DNA from: an uncultured Gemmatimonadota bacterium
Lineage (GTDB): Bacteria > Gemmatimonadota > Gemmatimonadetes > Palauibacterales > Palauibacteraceae
Direction: 5' to 3'
Length of the DNA stretch: 64,000 nucleotides
NCBI GenBank assembly: GCA_964607465.1
Contig: CAZSKS010000006.1
Coordinates: 5,773 to 69,772, forward strand
The notes under the pieces are model-generated. The model was not told where the DNA came from. It worked only from the letters and a program-made list of their open reading frames with translations, and searched no databases. Positions 34,488 through 44,151 of the stretch are shown in pieces (the first letter of the stretch is position 1; each line of letters opens with the position of its first letter). The position numbers and the translations under genes are program-made.

Positions 34488-35927
34488 ATGGCTCAGATGA
34501 AGAGCGGTCTCTCCCAAGAGACCAGCATGAAGCAGGAGATGAAGGTAAATCCTCGCCTGTACCAGGCGATGGACCTCCTGTACATGCCCCTCCTGGACCT
34601 GCAGCAGCACCTGAAGCAGGAGCTGACCGCCAATCCCTTCCTGGAGCTGGTGGAGCCGGGCGAGGAGGAGCTCGAGGAGCTGGACGAGCTGGAGGACGAG
34701 CTCGACGACGAGATCGACTGGGAGGAGATCCTCCTGGACGGCTTCGACGCCGGGGGACGGAAGGCCGAGTTCGAGGAGAAGGAGATCTACCGCCCCACCC
34801 CGTCCACCAGCGAGGACCTCTGGGACCACCTTCGGGACCAGCTCAAGCTGCAGCGCATCACGCCGCGCCAGCACCTCCTGGGTGAGGAGTTCATCGGCAA
34901 CATCGACCGCGACGGGTTCCTCACCTGCTCGGTGGAGGAGGTCGTGGAGGGTGTCAACGACTTCCTGGCGGACACGGACAACGAGGCCTGGGCGGACACC
35001 GAGCCCTTCAGCCTGGCGGAGGGTGAGCGGATGCTGGAGCTGGTGCAGACCTTCGAGCCCGCCGGGATCGGCGCCCGGGACCTGCGGGAGTCGCTGATGC
35101 TCCAGCTCGAGAGCCGTGAGGAGACGGAGACGCTGGCGTACCGCATCGTCCGGGATCACTTCGAGGAGCTGGTCAATCACCGCTGGAGCGAGCTCTCCAA
35201 GGAGCACGGCATCTCGCCCCAGGAGGTCCAGGCGGCGGCCGATCACGTGGCCAAGCTGGACCCGAAGCCGGGCCTGACCCACTCGGACGAGCAGGACGAC
35301 TACGTCACCCCCGACCTGATCGTCGACAAGATCGACGGCGACTACTACGTCTTCCACAACGACACGTCGCTGCCGCGCCTCAAGCTGTCCCGGGCCTACA
35401 AGGAGGTCGCCAAGGACAAGAACAAGTTCAAGGGCGACAACAAGGCCTTCATCTCCAAGAAGCTGAACAGCGCCCAGTGGATGATCCAGGCGATCGAGCA
35501 GCGCCGGCAGACGATGCTGAAGGTGATGAACTTCATCGTGGACCGTCAGCGCGAGTTCTTCGAGAAGGGGGTGGAGCACCTCAAGCCCCTGACGCTGCGT
35601 GAGGTGGCCGAGCACATCGACATGCACGAGTCCACGGTCTCGCGGGTGACGAACGAGAAGTACGCCCAGACCCCTCGGGGCGTGCTCTCCCTGAAGTTCT
35701 TCTTCTCCAGCGGGCTGTCGACGGACTACGGGGAGGAGGTTTCCGCCCGAGGCGTGCGGGCCAAGATCGAGAAGCTGGTGGAGGAGGAGGACTCCCACGA
35801 TCCGCTCACCGACCAGGCCATCGTGGACAAGCTGGAGGAGGACGGCGTCCAGATCGCGCGCCGCACGGTGGCCAAGTACCGCGACCAGCTGGGGATCCTC
35901 TCCGCCCGGATGCGCAAGAGGGTATGA
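34488..35927 (+). CDS. rpoN: RNA polymerase sigma-54 factor
   Basis: The N-terminal MKSGLSQETSMKQEMKVNPRLYQAMDLL aligns with region I. HESTVSRV HTH and the RpoN box ARRTVAKYR are present. The start could be ATG 34488 or 34497. Confidence 0.95.
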   Translation: MAQMKSGLSQETSMKQEMKVNPRLYQAMDLLYMPLLDLQQHLKQELTANPFLELVEPGEEELEELDELEDELDDEIDWEEILLDGFDAGGRKAEFEEKEIYRPTPSTSEDLWDHLRDQLKLQRITPRQHLLGEEFIGNIDRDGFLTCSVEEVVEGVNDFLADTDNEAWADTEPFSLAEGERMLELVQTFEPAGIGARDLRESLMLQLESREETETLAYRIVRDHFEELVNHRWSELSKEHGISPQEVQAAADHVAKLDPKPGLTHSDEQDDYVTPDLIVDKIDGDYYVFHNDTSLPRLKLSRAYKEVAKDKNKFKGDNKAFISKKLNSAQWMIQAIEQRRQTMLKVMNFIVDRQREFFEKGVEHLKPLTLREVAEHIDMHESTVSRVTNEKYAQTPRGVLSLKFFFSSGLSTDYGEEVSARGVRAKIEKLVEEEDSHDPLTDQAIVDKLEEDGVQIARRTVAKYRDQLGILSARMRKRV

Positions 35928-36970
35928 GCGGGGCGGGCTCCCCGCCGTCGACCCGGCCGGGGGCGCCTCCCGGGGCGGCCGACCCCGGACCCCGGATCTC
36001 GGTCCTCGTTCCCGCCTACGACGAAGCCCCCAACATGCCGGACCTGTTCCGGGAGATGGCCGGGGTCCTGCGGCGCGACGACCTGGACGCCGAGGTGGTC
36101 CTGGTGGACGACGGCTCGTCCGACGGGACCCTGGAGGCCGCCCGGGACGCGGCCCGAGCGGCGGGCCTGGAGGAGCGGGTCCGCCTGCTGCGCCACCGCA
36201 GGAACCGGGGCAAGACCGAGGCGATGCTGACGGCCGCCCACGCCGCCTCGGGCGACCTCCTCGTGCTCTTCGACGCCGACCTCCAGCACGCCCCGGAGGA
36301 GATTCCCCGCTTCGTGGAGCAGCTGGAGCGGGGCTTCGACGTGGTCGCCGGCCGCAAGGTGGGCCGGCGCTACTCGAAGCGATTCGTCTCGACCGTCTAC
36401 AACTGGCTGGCGCGCAAGATCTTCGGCGTCCCGGTCCACGACCTGAACGCGATGAAGGCCTTCCGGCGAGAGGTGCTGGAGGAGGTGCGGCTCCGCCACG
36501 ACTGGCACCGCTTCTTCGTGGTGCTGGCCTGGGCCCGGGGCTTCAGCGTCACCGAGATCGACGTGGAGCTGCTGCCCCGGCGTCACGGGGAGTCGAAGTA
36601 CCGGGGCCAGGGACGCATCCTGGTGGGCACGCTGGACCTGATCTCCGTCTGGTTCCAGCTCCTGTTCAGCCGGAAGCCGATGCTGCTGTTCGGCGTCTCC
36701 GGGCTGGGCCTGTTCGCCCTGGGGGGCGTCGTCGGGCTCGTGGCGGTCTACCTCCGATTCGTGCTGCAGCAGGGCTACCGTCCCCTCCTCAACCTCGTGC
36801 TGCTGCTGGTGGTCGTGGGGCTCCTCCTCTTCGCCGTCGGCTTCCTGGCCGAGCTCCTGGCCTCGGTCCGGGCCGAGGTGGAGGAGCTCCGCCATCGGGT
36901 CGACCGGGAGATCGGCGGTCGAAGCTCGACGGGTGGGGACGAGGGCTCCGACGGCGGGTCCGGAGGATGA
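35924..36970 (+). CDS. GT2 polyprenyl-phosphate glycosyltransferase (GtrB/ArnC/DPM-like, two C-terminal TM helices)
   Basis: ATG overlaps the rpoN stop (ATGA). ISVLVPAYDE, VLVDDGSSDGT and LFDADLQH GT-A motifs. C-terminal hydrophobic helices LLFGVSGLGLFALGGVVGLVAV and LVLLLVVVGLLLFAVGFLAELL. Confidence 0.8.
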   Translation: MSGAGSPPSTRPGAPPGAADPGPRISVLVPAYDEAPNMPDLFREMAGVLRRDDLDAEVVLVDDGSSDGTLEAARDAARAAGLEERVRLLRHRRNRGKTEAMLTAAHAASGDLLVLFDADLQHAPEEIPRFVEQLERGFDVVAGRKVGRRYSKRFVSTVYNWLARKIFGVPVHDLNAMKAFRREVLEEVRLRHDWHRFFVVLAWARGFSVTEIDVELLPRRHGESKYRGQGRILVGTLDLISVWFQLLFSRKPMLLFGVSGLGLFALGGVVGLVAVYLRFVLQQGYRPLLNLVLLLVVVGLLLFAVGFLAELLASVRAEVEELRHRVDREIGGRSSTGGDEGSDGGSGG

Positions 36971-36986
36971 GGGCCGACCGGGCGGC

Positions 36987-38690
36987 ATGACCGAGGGGAG
37001 GCTCACCGGGGAGGAAGTCTCCACGGCCTGGGGGTGGCCGGTCCGGCGGTGGATCCTCCTGGCCGGCGCCCTCCACGTGGTCGTGGGCCTCCTCCTCTAC
37101 GATCCCACCCTCTTCACCGGCGGGGACAACGCCGGCTACATGATCCTGGGGGAGGCCCTGCGCACCGGCGAGGGCTACCGGGACCTCCACCTGCCGGGCT
37201 CCCCGGTCCACACGAAGTATCCTCCCCTCTACCCGGCGCTGCTGGCGGTGCTGGGGTGGGCCGGGGGGCTCCAGCTCTTCAAGCTGGCCTCCCTGGCCCT
37301 GACCAGCGGCGCCGTGCTGGTGGTCGGGTTCCTGGGGCGACGGTGGTTGGGACCGCGTCTGGGGATCGCGGCGGCCCTCCTCGTCGCGGTCAACCCGGTG
37401 CTCGTCTCCTATTCCCACTGGGTCCTCTCGGAAGCTCCCTTCGTCTTCCTCGTCCTCCTCTCCCTGTACGCCTTCGAGCGGAGCCGGCCGTCTTCCGAGC
37501 CCGATCCGGCCGGCTCGCCCCGCCGCGGCTCCCGGGACGCCTGGAGCTGGACGGCCCTGGCCGCCGCCGTGGGCGCCTTCCTGACCCGGACGGCGGGCCT
37601 TCCCCTCCTGGCGGCGGCGGTGCTCCATCCGGCCCTCGCCCGCCGGTGGCGCCGTGCGGGGTGGCATCTGGCGGCGGCGGTGACGGCGGCGGCCGGGTGG
37701 GCCGTGTTCCAGCGGCTCGGGGCCCCCGACCAGGCGGGTTACCTGTCGGAGCTCCTCATGGTGAACCCCTACGATCCCGAGGCGGGACGCGTCGGCGCGG
37801 CGGGGCTCTTCGGCCGGACGGCGGAGAACTTCTGGCGCTACGCCTCCGAGGTGCTGCCGCTTTCGGTGACGGGAGGACGGGGGGACGCCGGGGGCGCCGG
37901 AACCCTGGCCGGCGCGGGAGGGCTCCTCCTGGCGGGCTTCGCGGCCGCCGGCTGGCTGCGCCGGAGCCTGGAGGGGCTGGGTCCGTCCGAGCTGTTCCTG
38001 TTCCTGTACCTGGGCCTGATCTGCGCCTGGCCGTCGGTGTGGACCGACCGGCGGTTCCTGTTGCCGGCCCTCCCCCTGCTGCTGCTGTACGGCCTGGAGG
38101 GCGGGCGTCTCGCAGGCCGGGCCCTGGTGGGGGGGCAGGTGCGGGGGCAGGACGGGGGGGAGGGCTGGCGGAGCCTGGCCCGGGCGGGCGTGCCCGGGTT
38201 GCTGGCGGCGGCCCTCCTGGTGCCCGGGCTGCTGGACGCCGCCCGCTCGGCGCCGGACCGCATGAGGTGTCTGGCCGGCTGGCGGAGCGGGTCGCCGTGC
38301 GTCCCGCCGGCCTACGCCCGCTTCTACGCAGCGGCCGAGTGGGTGGAGGGGAACACCGCCGGGGACGCGGTGGTCGTGAACCGGAAGCCGCGCCTCTTCT
38401 ACTGGCTCTCCGGGCGGCAGGGGGACCTCTATCCCTATTCCTCGGAGCCGTCGGTGGTGCTGGAGGCCATCGAGGCGATGGGGGCGGAGTACGTCGTCGT
38501 CGACGCGATCTCGGGGACCACGGCCCGCTACCTGGTGCCGGCGATCGAGGCCCATCCCTCGCGCTTCGTGGTCCTCCACCGCGAGGAGGGTCCTCCCACC
38601 TGGGTCCTCCGGTTCCGCCGGGAGCCCGGCACGGCCCGGGCCGGGCCGCCCGAGCCGGGAGCCCGCCGGGCGGGGCGAGGGACCCCGTGA
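36987..38690 (+). CDS. Polytopic membrane protein, putative GT-C glycosyltransferase (ArnT/PMT-like)
   Basis: 567 aa, at least 8 predicted TM segments. First-loop GGDNAGYMILGEALRTGEGY..KYPPLYPALLAVLG resembles ArnT/GT39-type proteins. The family assignment is tentative. Confidence 0.5.
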   Translation: MTEGRLTGEEVSTAWGWPVRRWILLAGALHVVVGLLLYDPTLFTGGDNAGYMILGEALRTGEGYRDLHLPGSPVHTKYPPLYPALLAVLGWAGGLQLFKLASLALTSGAVLVVGFLGRRWLGPRLGIAAALLVAVNPVLVSYSHWVLSEAPFVFLVLLSLYAFERSRPSSEPDPAGSPRRGSRDAWSWTALAAAVGAFLTRTAGLPLLAAAVLHPALARRWRRAGWHLAAAVTAAAGWAVFQRLGAPDQAGYLSELLMVNPYDPEAGRVGAAGLFGRTAENFWRYASEVLPLSVTGGRGDAGGAGTLAGAGGLLLAGFAAAGWLRRSLEGLGPSELFLFLYLGLICAWPSVWTDRRFLLPALPLLLLYGLEGGRLAGRALVGGQVRGQDGGEGWRSLARAGVPGLLAAALLVPGLLDAARSAPDRMRCLAGWRSGSPCVPPAYARFYAAAEWVEGNTAGDAVVVNRKPRLFYWLSGRQGDLYPYSSEPSVVLEAIEAMGAEYVVVDAISGTTARYLVPAIEAHPSRFVVLHREEGPPTWVLRFRREPGTARAGPPEPGARRAGRGTP

Positions 38691-39952
38691 GGGTCGTCCA
38701 CGTGGCGACGGCCTTCCCCCGCGACGGGGAGGACGTCATCACCCCCTGGCTGGTGGAGATGATCCGGCGGTCCCGGGAGCGGGGGATCGAGGCCGAGGTG
38801 CTGACCTCCTCCTACCGGGGCTCGGGGGACCACCGGCTGTCCGGCATCCCGGTGCGCCGCTTCCGGTACGCCCCGTCCGCCTGGGAGACGCTCACCCACG
38901 ACGAGACGGCTCCCGACCGGGTGCGGCGCTCACCCCTCCACGCGGCCCTGGTCCCCCTCTACCTGGCCGGCGGGTGCGCCGCCGCCTGGCGGATGGGCCG
39001 GGACGCGCCGGACCTGGTCCACGTCCACTGGCCCGTGCCCCACGCGCTGTTCGGGGCGGCCATGCGGACCGCGTCGAGCGGGCGGACGGCCCTGGTGTGC
39101 AGCTACTACGCGGTGGAGGTGAACTGGGTGCTCCACCGGATGCGCTGGCTCCGGCCCTTCCTCCGGTGGTCGGCCAGGACGGCCGACGCCGTCACGGCCA
39201 TCTCCACGTCGACGGCCGACGCCGTCCGGAAGGTGTCCGGACGCGACCCCAGGATCGTCCCGTTCGCCGCCGCGCTGGGGGAGGAGGAGGCGACGGGTCC
39301 GGGCGGGACGGGCCGGGTTCCCCTCGCGTCGTCGGGTCCCCTCCGGCTGCTCTTCGTGGGGAGGCTGGTGGAGCGGAAGGGGATCGAGGTGCTGGTGCGG
39401 GCCCTGCCGCGCCTCCTGGAGGAACGGGACGTCCGGCTCACCGTCGTGGGCGAGGGCGAGCGGGAGGCGTCCCTTCGGGCGACCGCCCGCGACGCCGGGG
39501 TGGAGGATCGGGTGGAATTCACCGGGTTCGTGTCCCGGGAGGAGCTGTCGCGGCGATACGCCTCGTGCGACATGTTCGTGCTCCCCGCCGTGGTGGACCG
39601 GAAGGGCGACACCGAGGGGCTCGGCGTGGTCCTGCTGGAGGCGCTCCGGCACGAGCGTCCCGTCGTGGCCAGCCGCGCGGGCGGGATCACCGACATCGTG
39701 GAGGACGGCCGGACGGGCTGGCTCGTCCCGCCGGGGGACCCGGCCGCGCTGGCCCGGCGGATCCTGGACGTGGCCGGGCGCCCCGACGACGCGCGCCGGG
39801 TGGCCCGCCGGGGAAGGGAGGTGGTGGAGGAGCGCTTCGGCTGGGAGCGGATCCTGGAGGGGCTCGGCGCCGCCTACCGGGAAGCCCGGGAAGCCCGTCG
39901 GTCGGCCCGGAGAGCGGACGGCGCGCAGGGACGGGAGGACGACGCGGCATGA
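38687..39952 (+). CDS. GT4 (group 1) glycosyltransferase
   Basis: GTG overlaps the upstream stop (GTGA). The C-terminal EGLGVVLLEALRHERPVVASRAGGITDIVEDGRTGWLV is the EX7E motif of GT-B retaining transferases. Confidence 0.85.
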   Translation: MRVVHVATAFPRDGEDVITPWLVEMIRRSRERGIEAEVLTSSYRGSGDHRLSGIPVRRFRYAPSAWETLTHDETAPDRVRRSPLHAALVPLYLAGGCAAAWRMGRDAPDLVHVHWPVPHALFGAAMRTASSGRTALVCSYYAVEVNWVLHRMRWLRPFLRWSARTADAVTAISTSTADAVRKVSGRDPRIVPFAAALGEEEATGPGGTGRVPLASSGPLRLLFVGRLVERKGIEVLVRALPRLLEERDVRLTVVGEGEREASLRATARDAGVEDRVEFTGFVSREELSRRYASCDMFVLPAVVDRKGDTEGLGVVLLEALRHERPVVASRAGGITDIVEDGRTGWLVPPGDPAALARRILDVAGRPDDARRVARRGREVVEERFGWERILEGLGAAYREAREARRSARRADGAQGREDDAA

Positions 39953-40746
39953 CCGGGGACGACCGGTACGAGGCGTGGGTGGCGTCGGAGGCCTACCGGC
40001 GCGAGCGTCCGGAGAAGGCCCGCGTGATCCACCGGCTGTGCCGCGAGGAGCTGCGGGCGGCGGACCGGATCGCGGACCTGGGGTCCGGTACGGGAATCAT
40101 CAAGAAGGAGCTCGAGACGATCACGGGCAAGACCATCACCGGCATAGAGTTGGACACGTCCTTCGTCGAGACGCGGGAGCGGACGGCGGCGGGCGACGTG
40201 ACCCGTCTGCCCCTGGCCGACGGCGTGCTCGACTTCGCCATCCTGAACCACCTGTACGAGCACGTGGGGGATCAGCCGGCGCTCTTCCGTGAAGTCCACC
40301 GGGTGCTCACTCCCGGAGGCGCGGCTTACGTGTCCGCAGGGAACCGGCTCATGGTCATGGAGCCCCATTACCGCCTCCCCTTCCTGAGCTGGCTGCCCCG
40401 GCCGCTGGCGGACCGCTACCTGAGGTGGACGGGGCGGGGAAGGGCCTACCGCGGGATCCGCTTCCGCACCCGGGGCGAGCTCGTTCGGATGATCCGGGAC
40501 GCCGGGCTCCGGATCGAGGACCGGACCCGCCGGGCGCTGGACGACATGCTCGAGGAGGCGTGGGGACCGGGATGGAGCGTCCTCTGGCGGACGATGCGCG
40601 GCCTGCCCGATCCCCTGGTGGAGGCCGGGCTGCGGTGGCTGTCCCCCCAGTGGTTCCTCCTCCTCCGCAGGCCCGCCGACCGCTCCCTGGCCGCCGGGGC
40701 GTCGTCGGACGGACGGGCGGCCGCGGGCCGGGAGGCGCGAACGTGA
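39949..40746 (+). CDS. Class I SAM-dependent methyltransferase
   Basis: ATG overlaps the GT4 stop (ATGA). Motif I IADLGSGTGI, with LDFAILNHLYEHV and LTPGGAAYVS following. Confidence 0.8.
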   Translation: MTGDDRYEAWVASEAYRRERPEKARVIHRLCREELRAADRIADLGSGTGIIKKELETITGKTITGIELDTSFVETRERTAAGDVTRLPLADGVLDFAILNHLYEHVGDQPALFREVHRVLTPGGAAYVSAGNRLMVMEPHYRLPFLSWLPRPLADRYLRWTGRGRAYRGIRFRTRGELVRMIRDAGLRIEDRTRRALDDMLEEAWGPGWSVLWRTMRGLPDPLVEAGLRWLSPQWFLLLRRPADRSLAAGASSDGRAAAGREART

Positions 40747-43154
40747 TCGGGGGCGAGCGGCTGCGGGAGCTCGGTCGCCGGGGGCCGTCCCTCGGGGTGG
40801 TCACGGCGTCGTGCGCCGTGCTGGCGGCGCTCTTCTTCGCGGAGTTCGTCTTCCAGCCGGGCCGCATGCTCTTCGGCACGGACATGCTGGACCAGGCCTA
40901 TCAGCTACGGGCCTTCGGCGTGGAGGAGGTCCGATCCGGGCACGGACTGCCGCTGTGGAACCCCTTCGTCTACGGCGGGCTGCCGTACCTGGCCGTCCTG
41001 CCGGGGCCGGCCTTCTACCCGACCAGCCTCCTGTACCTGGTCCTGCCGCTCTTCCGGGCCATCGGCTGGACCTTCGTCCTCCACACGGCCCTGGCCGGGG
41101 TGCTGGGCTACGCGGCGGGCCGGGCGTTCCGGCTCCGGCGGTGGGCAGCGGCGACGGTGGGGGTGGCCTTCATGTTCACCGGTTACGTCGTCTCCCACCT
41201 CTACGGCGGGCACGACGGCCGGATGTTCGCGATGATGCTCATCCCGGGCGTCTTCGCCTGTGCCGAGCGGGGGCTGCAGGACGACGAGGCGGGCTGGTTC
41301 CTGGCCATGGGCCTGCTGGTCGCGCTCCAGATCTTCACGCCTCACACCCAGCTCATGTACTTCTCCTCGCTGGCGGTGAGCCTCTACGTCGCCTGGCGCC
41401 TGGGGCTCCGGGCGATGGAGGGCCGGGACGAACGGGCCGCGGCCCTCCGCACGGGCGGCTGGTTCGCCCTGGGTTTCCTGGCGGCCGCCCTGCTGGGCGC
41501 GGTCCAGCTGCTGCCGACCCTGGGCCTCCTGGACGACGCCGTCCGCGGGGCGGGGCAGGGCGGCTACGAGTTCGCCGCCTCCTGGGCACTCCCGCCCCAG
41601 GAGCTGACGGCCTTCTTCCTCCCCGACCTCGTGGGATCCCTGCAGGAGCATTACTGGGGCTCCAACTCCTTCAAGCTCCACACGGAGTACCTGGGCGCGG
41701 TCACGCTGGCCCTGGCGTCCGTCGGCTTCCTGACGCCCCGGGGCGACCGCAGGATCTGGTTCCTCTCCGGGGCCACGCTCCTGGGGATCGCCTTCTCGCT
41801 GGGCGATGCCACCCCGGTCCATCGGATCGCCTACGAGATCGTCCCGATGATCGACCGGTTCCGGGCGCCCAACATGATGACCGGGCCCGTGGCCTTCTTC
41901 GTGGCGCTGGCGGCCGGCTTCGGGGTCCAGCGGGTGCTGGAGGCCCGGGAGGCCGGGGCGTCGGACGACCCGGGCCCGGGCGGCTCGGAGCGGCAGGCGA
42001 GGGACGGGGCGGCGCGGGGCGTCCCGATCCGGTGGCCCGCGGTGTGGGCGTTCGCCGCCCCCTTTCTCCTGCTGGCGGCGTGGGCGGCCTTCTCCCCGGA
42101 GGGCCTGCAGCGCTGGGTCCGAAACGCCTGGTACCCGGCCGGCTGGCCCCGCCAGCCGTCGGCCGAGCTGGCCGGGATGCTCCGGACGACGGGGGCGCTG
42201 GTGGCGCTCCTGTGGGCCGGGAGCCTGGCGACGCTGCAGGCCGTCGAGCGCCGACGTCTCCCGCGCTGGATGCTGGGCGGCGTGCTGGTGCTCCTGATCT
42301 TCGACCTGTGGCGGGTGGACGCCCGGTATCTGGAGACCGTGGACCCGGACCGTGTCTTCCGCGCCGACCCGGTGGTGGAGCGGATGCGGTCGGATCTCCG
42401 GCCCGGCGAGCGGGTCTGGCAGCTGGAGAACAGCTACGGGGCCAACGAGCTCATGTACTGGGGCATCCCGTCGGTCACCGGGAGCCAGAACTTCCGGCTG
42501 GCCTGGTACGACCGGCTCACGGGAGGCGTGGGGCACCGGGCGCTCCTGGAGAGCCCGGTGGTGTGGCCGCTCCTGGACCTCCGCTACGTGACGACCCGCT
42601 CCCGGGTGCAGACCGGCCTCCTCGAGGAGGTGACCCGGCACGAGGGCACCACGCTGTACGAGGTCGTCCCGAACCTCCCCCACGCCTTCTTCCCCCGCCG
42701 GGTGGAGGGCGTCGAGGGGCTGGACGAGGCGGTGCGACGGACGCGCGGGCTCGACGATCCGGCCGCGGCGGCGGTGGTCCGGACGCCGGCGACCGGGGAG
42801 CTGCCCTCCGCCGGGCGGGGCACGGCCCGTCTCGAGACCTGGCGGCCCGACGAGGTGGTCCTGGACGTGGAGGCGGCGCGGGGAGGCCTCCTCTTCGTCA
42901 GCGAGGTCTGGCATCCGGGCTGGCGGGCCACGGTGGACGGCGAGGAGGTGCCGATCCACCGGACCAACGCCGCCTTCCGCGGCGTCGAGGTGCCGGAGGG
43001 CCGGCACGAGGTGCGGATGACCTACGGATCGACGACGCTGTGGATCGGCGGTGCCGCCTCGGGGCTGGCGCTCCTGCTGGTCCTGGGCGGGATGGCCTGG
43101 CGGATCCGCCGCGGACGGATGACGCTGGACGCCGGGGCCGGGGAGGCGGAATGA
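40743..43154 (+). CDS. YfhO-like polytopic membrane protein (putative GT-C glycosyltransferase)
   Basis: GTG overlaps the methyltransferase stop (GTGA). 803 aa, many TM helices. GLPLWNPFVYGGLPYLA matches the WNP....G.P motif I associate with the YfhO family. Large C-terminal extracytoplasmic domain and a terminal TM helix. Confidence 0.65.
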   Translation: MIGGERLRELGRRGPSLGVVTASCAVLAALFFAEFVFQPGRMLFGTDMLDQAYQLRAFGVEEVRSGHGLPLWNPFVYGGLPYLAVLPGPAFYPTSLLYLVLPLFRAIGWTFVLHTALAGVLGYAAGRAFRLRRWAAATVGVAFMFTGYVVSHLYGGHDGRMFAMMLIPGVFACAERGLQDDEAGWFLAMGLLVALQIFTPHTQLMYFSSLAVSLYVAWRLGLRAMEGRDERAAALRTGGWFALGFLAAALLGAVQLLPTLGLLDDAVRGAGQGGYEFAASWALPPQELTAFFLPDLVGSLQEHYWGSNSFKLHTEYLGAVTLALASVGFLTPRGDRRIWFLSGATLLGIAFSLGDATPVHRIAYEIVPMIDRFRAPNMMTGPVAFFVALAAGFGVQRVLEAREAGASDDPGPGGSERQARDGAARGVPIRWPAVWAFAAPFLLLAAWAAFSPEGLQRWVRNAWYPAGWPRQPSAELAGMLRTTGALVALLWAGSLATLQAVERRRLPRWMLGGVLVLLIFDLWRVDARYLETVDPDRVFRADPVVERMRSDLRPGERVWQLENSYGANELMYWGIPSVTGSQNFRLAWYDRLTGGVGHRALLESPVVWPLLDLRYVTTRSRVQTGLLEEVTRHEGTTLYEVVPNLPHAFFPRRVEGVEGLDEAVRRTRGLDDPAAAAVVRTPATGELPSAGRGTARLETWRPDEVVLDVEAARGGLLFVSEVWHPGWRATVDGEEVPIHRTNAAFRGVEVPEGRHEVRMTYGSTTLWIGGAASGLALLLVLGGMAWRIRRGRMTLDAGAGEAE

Positions 43155-43170
43155 GAGGAGGGGCGGACCG

Positions 43171-44151
43171 GTGAGCCGCCGGTGGCGTCGGCTCCTCGTC
43201 GTCCTCTTCCTGGGGGCGGCCCTCGTCTTCGTCGGCGTCGCCCTGGCGGAGCGCTGGGAGGAGCTGCGGGCCATCCGCTCGCAGGTCGGCGGTTTCGGGT
43301 GGCGTCTGGCCCCCGGCTGGCTGGCGGCCTCGCTGGTCGTGGCGACCGTGAACCTCTTCTGGATGGCCGGCGTCTGGGTCTATCTCTACCGCTCCGGGGG
43401 CGGCGGGCTGGGCTACCCCCGGGGCGTCCGCGTGTGGATGGCGACCAACCTGGGCCGCTACATCCCCGGCAAGGTGTGGCAGATTTCCGGCCTGGCGGTC
43501 CACCTCCGGCAGACGGGCGAGTCCGGCGCGCTGGCGCTGGGATCGGCGCTGGCCTTCCAGGTCGTCACTCTCCTCACGGGGCTGGCCGCCGGCCTGGCCG
43601 TCGTCGGCGCCCGCCCGGGCGTCCTGCCCGGGGGCTCGGCCCTCACGGCCGCCCTCGTGGTCGTCGCCCTCCTGGCCCTCCTCCACCCGTCGGTGGTGGG
43701 GAAGGGGATGGAGCTCACCGGCCGGCTCCTTCGCGAGGAGATCCCCGCCGTCGATCCTCCCGAAGGCCGCGCATTGGCGGCGGCCGCCGTGGGGATGCTG
43801 GCCGCCTGGGGCATGTACGGTCTCGGGCTCTGGTGCTTCCTGCGTGGCGTCACGGGGCGGGAGGTGGCCGACCCCGCGGTCCTCACCGGGGTCTTCGCGG
43901 CCAGCTACGTGGCGGGCTACCTGGTCCTCGTGGCGCCCGGAGGGCTGGTCGTCCGGGAGGGCGCCATGACGGGTCTCCTGGTGGCCGTGGCTCCGGTGGG
44001 AGCGGCCGTGGCGGCGGCGCTGGCAATCCTGGCCCGCGTCTGGGTGACGGCCTCGGAGCTGGCCGGGCTCGGCCTGTCCTTCCTGGTGCCCGGCGTGCCC
44101 GGCGAGGTCGAGCCGGAGACCGGGCCGGACCGCCATGAGGCGTCCCGATGA
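43171..44151 (+). CDS. UPF0104 / lysylphosphatidylglycerol-synthase-TM-like (flippase-like) membrane protein
   Basis: 326 aa, about 8 TM helices. NLGRYIPGKVWQ and APGGLVVREG motifs typical of the LPG_synthase_TM/UPF0104 family. Confidence 0.65.
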   Translation: MSRRWRRLLVVLFLGAALVFVGVALAERWEELRAIRSQVGGFGWRLAPGWLAASLVVATVNLFWMAGVWVYLYRSGGGGLGYPRGVRVWMATNLGRYIPGKVWQISGLAVHLRQTGESGALALGSALAFQVVTLLTGLAAGLAVVGARPGVLPGGSALTAALVVVALLALLHPSVVGKGMELTGRLLREEIPAVDPPEGRALAAAAVGMLAAWGMYGLGLWCFLRGVTGREVADPAVLTGVFAASYVAGYLVLVAPGGLVVREGAMTGLLVAVAPVGAAVAAALAILARVWVTASELAGLGLSFLVPGVPGEVEPETGPDRHEASR

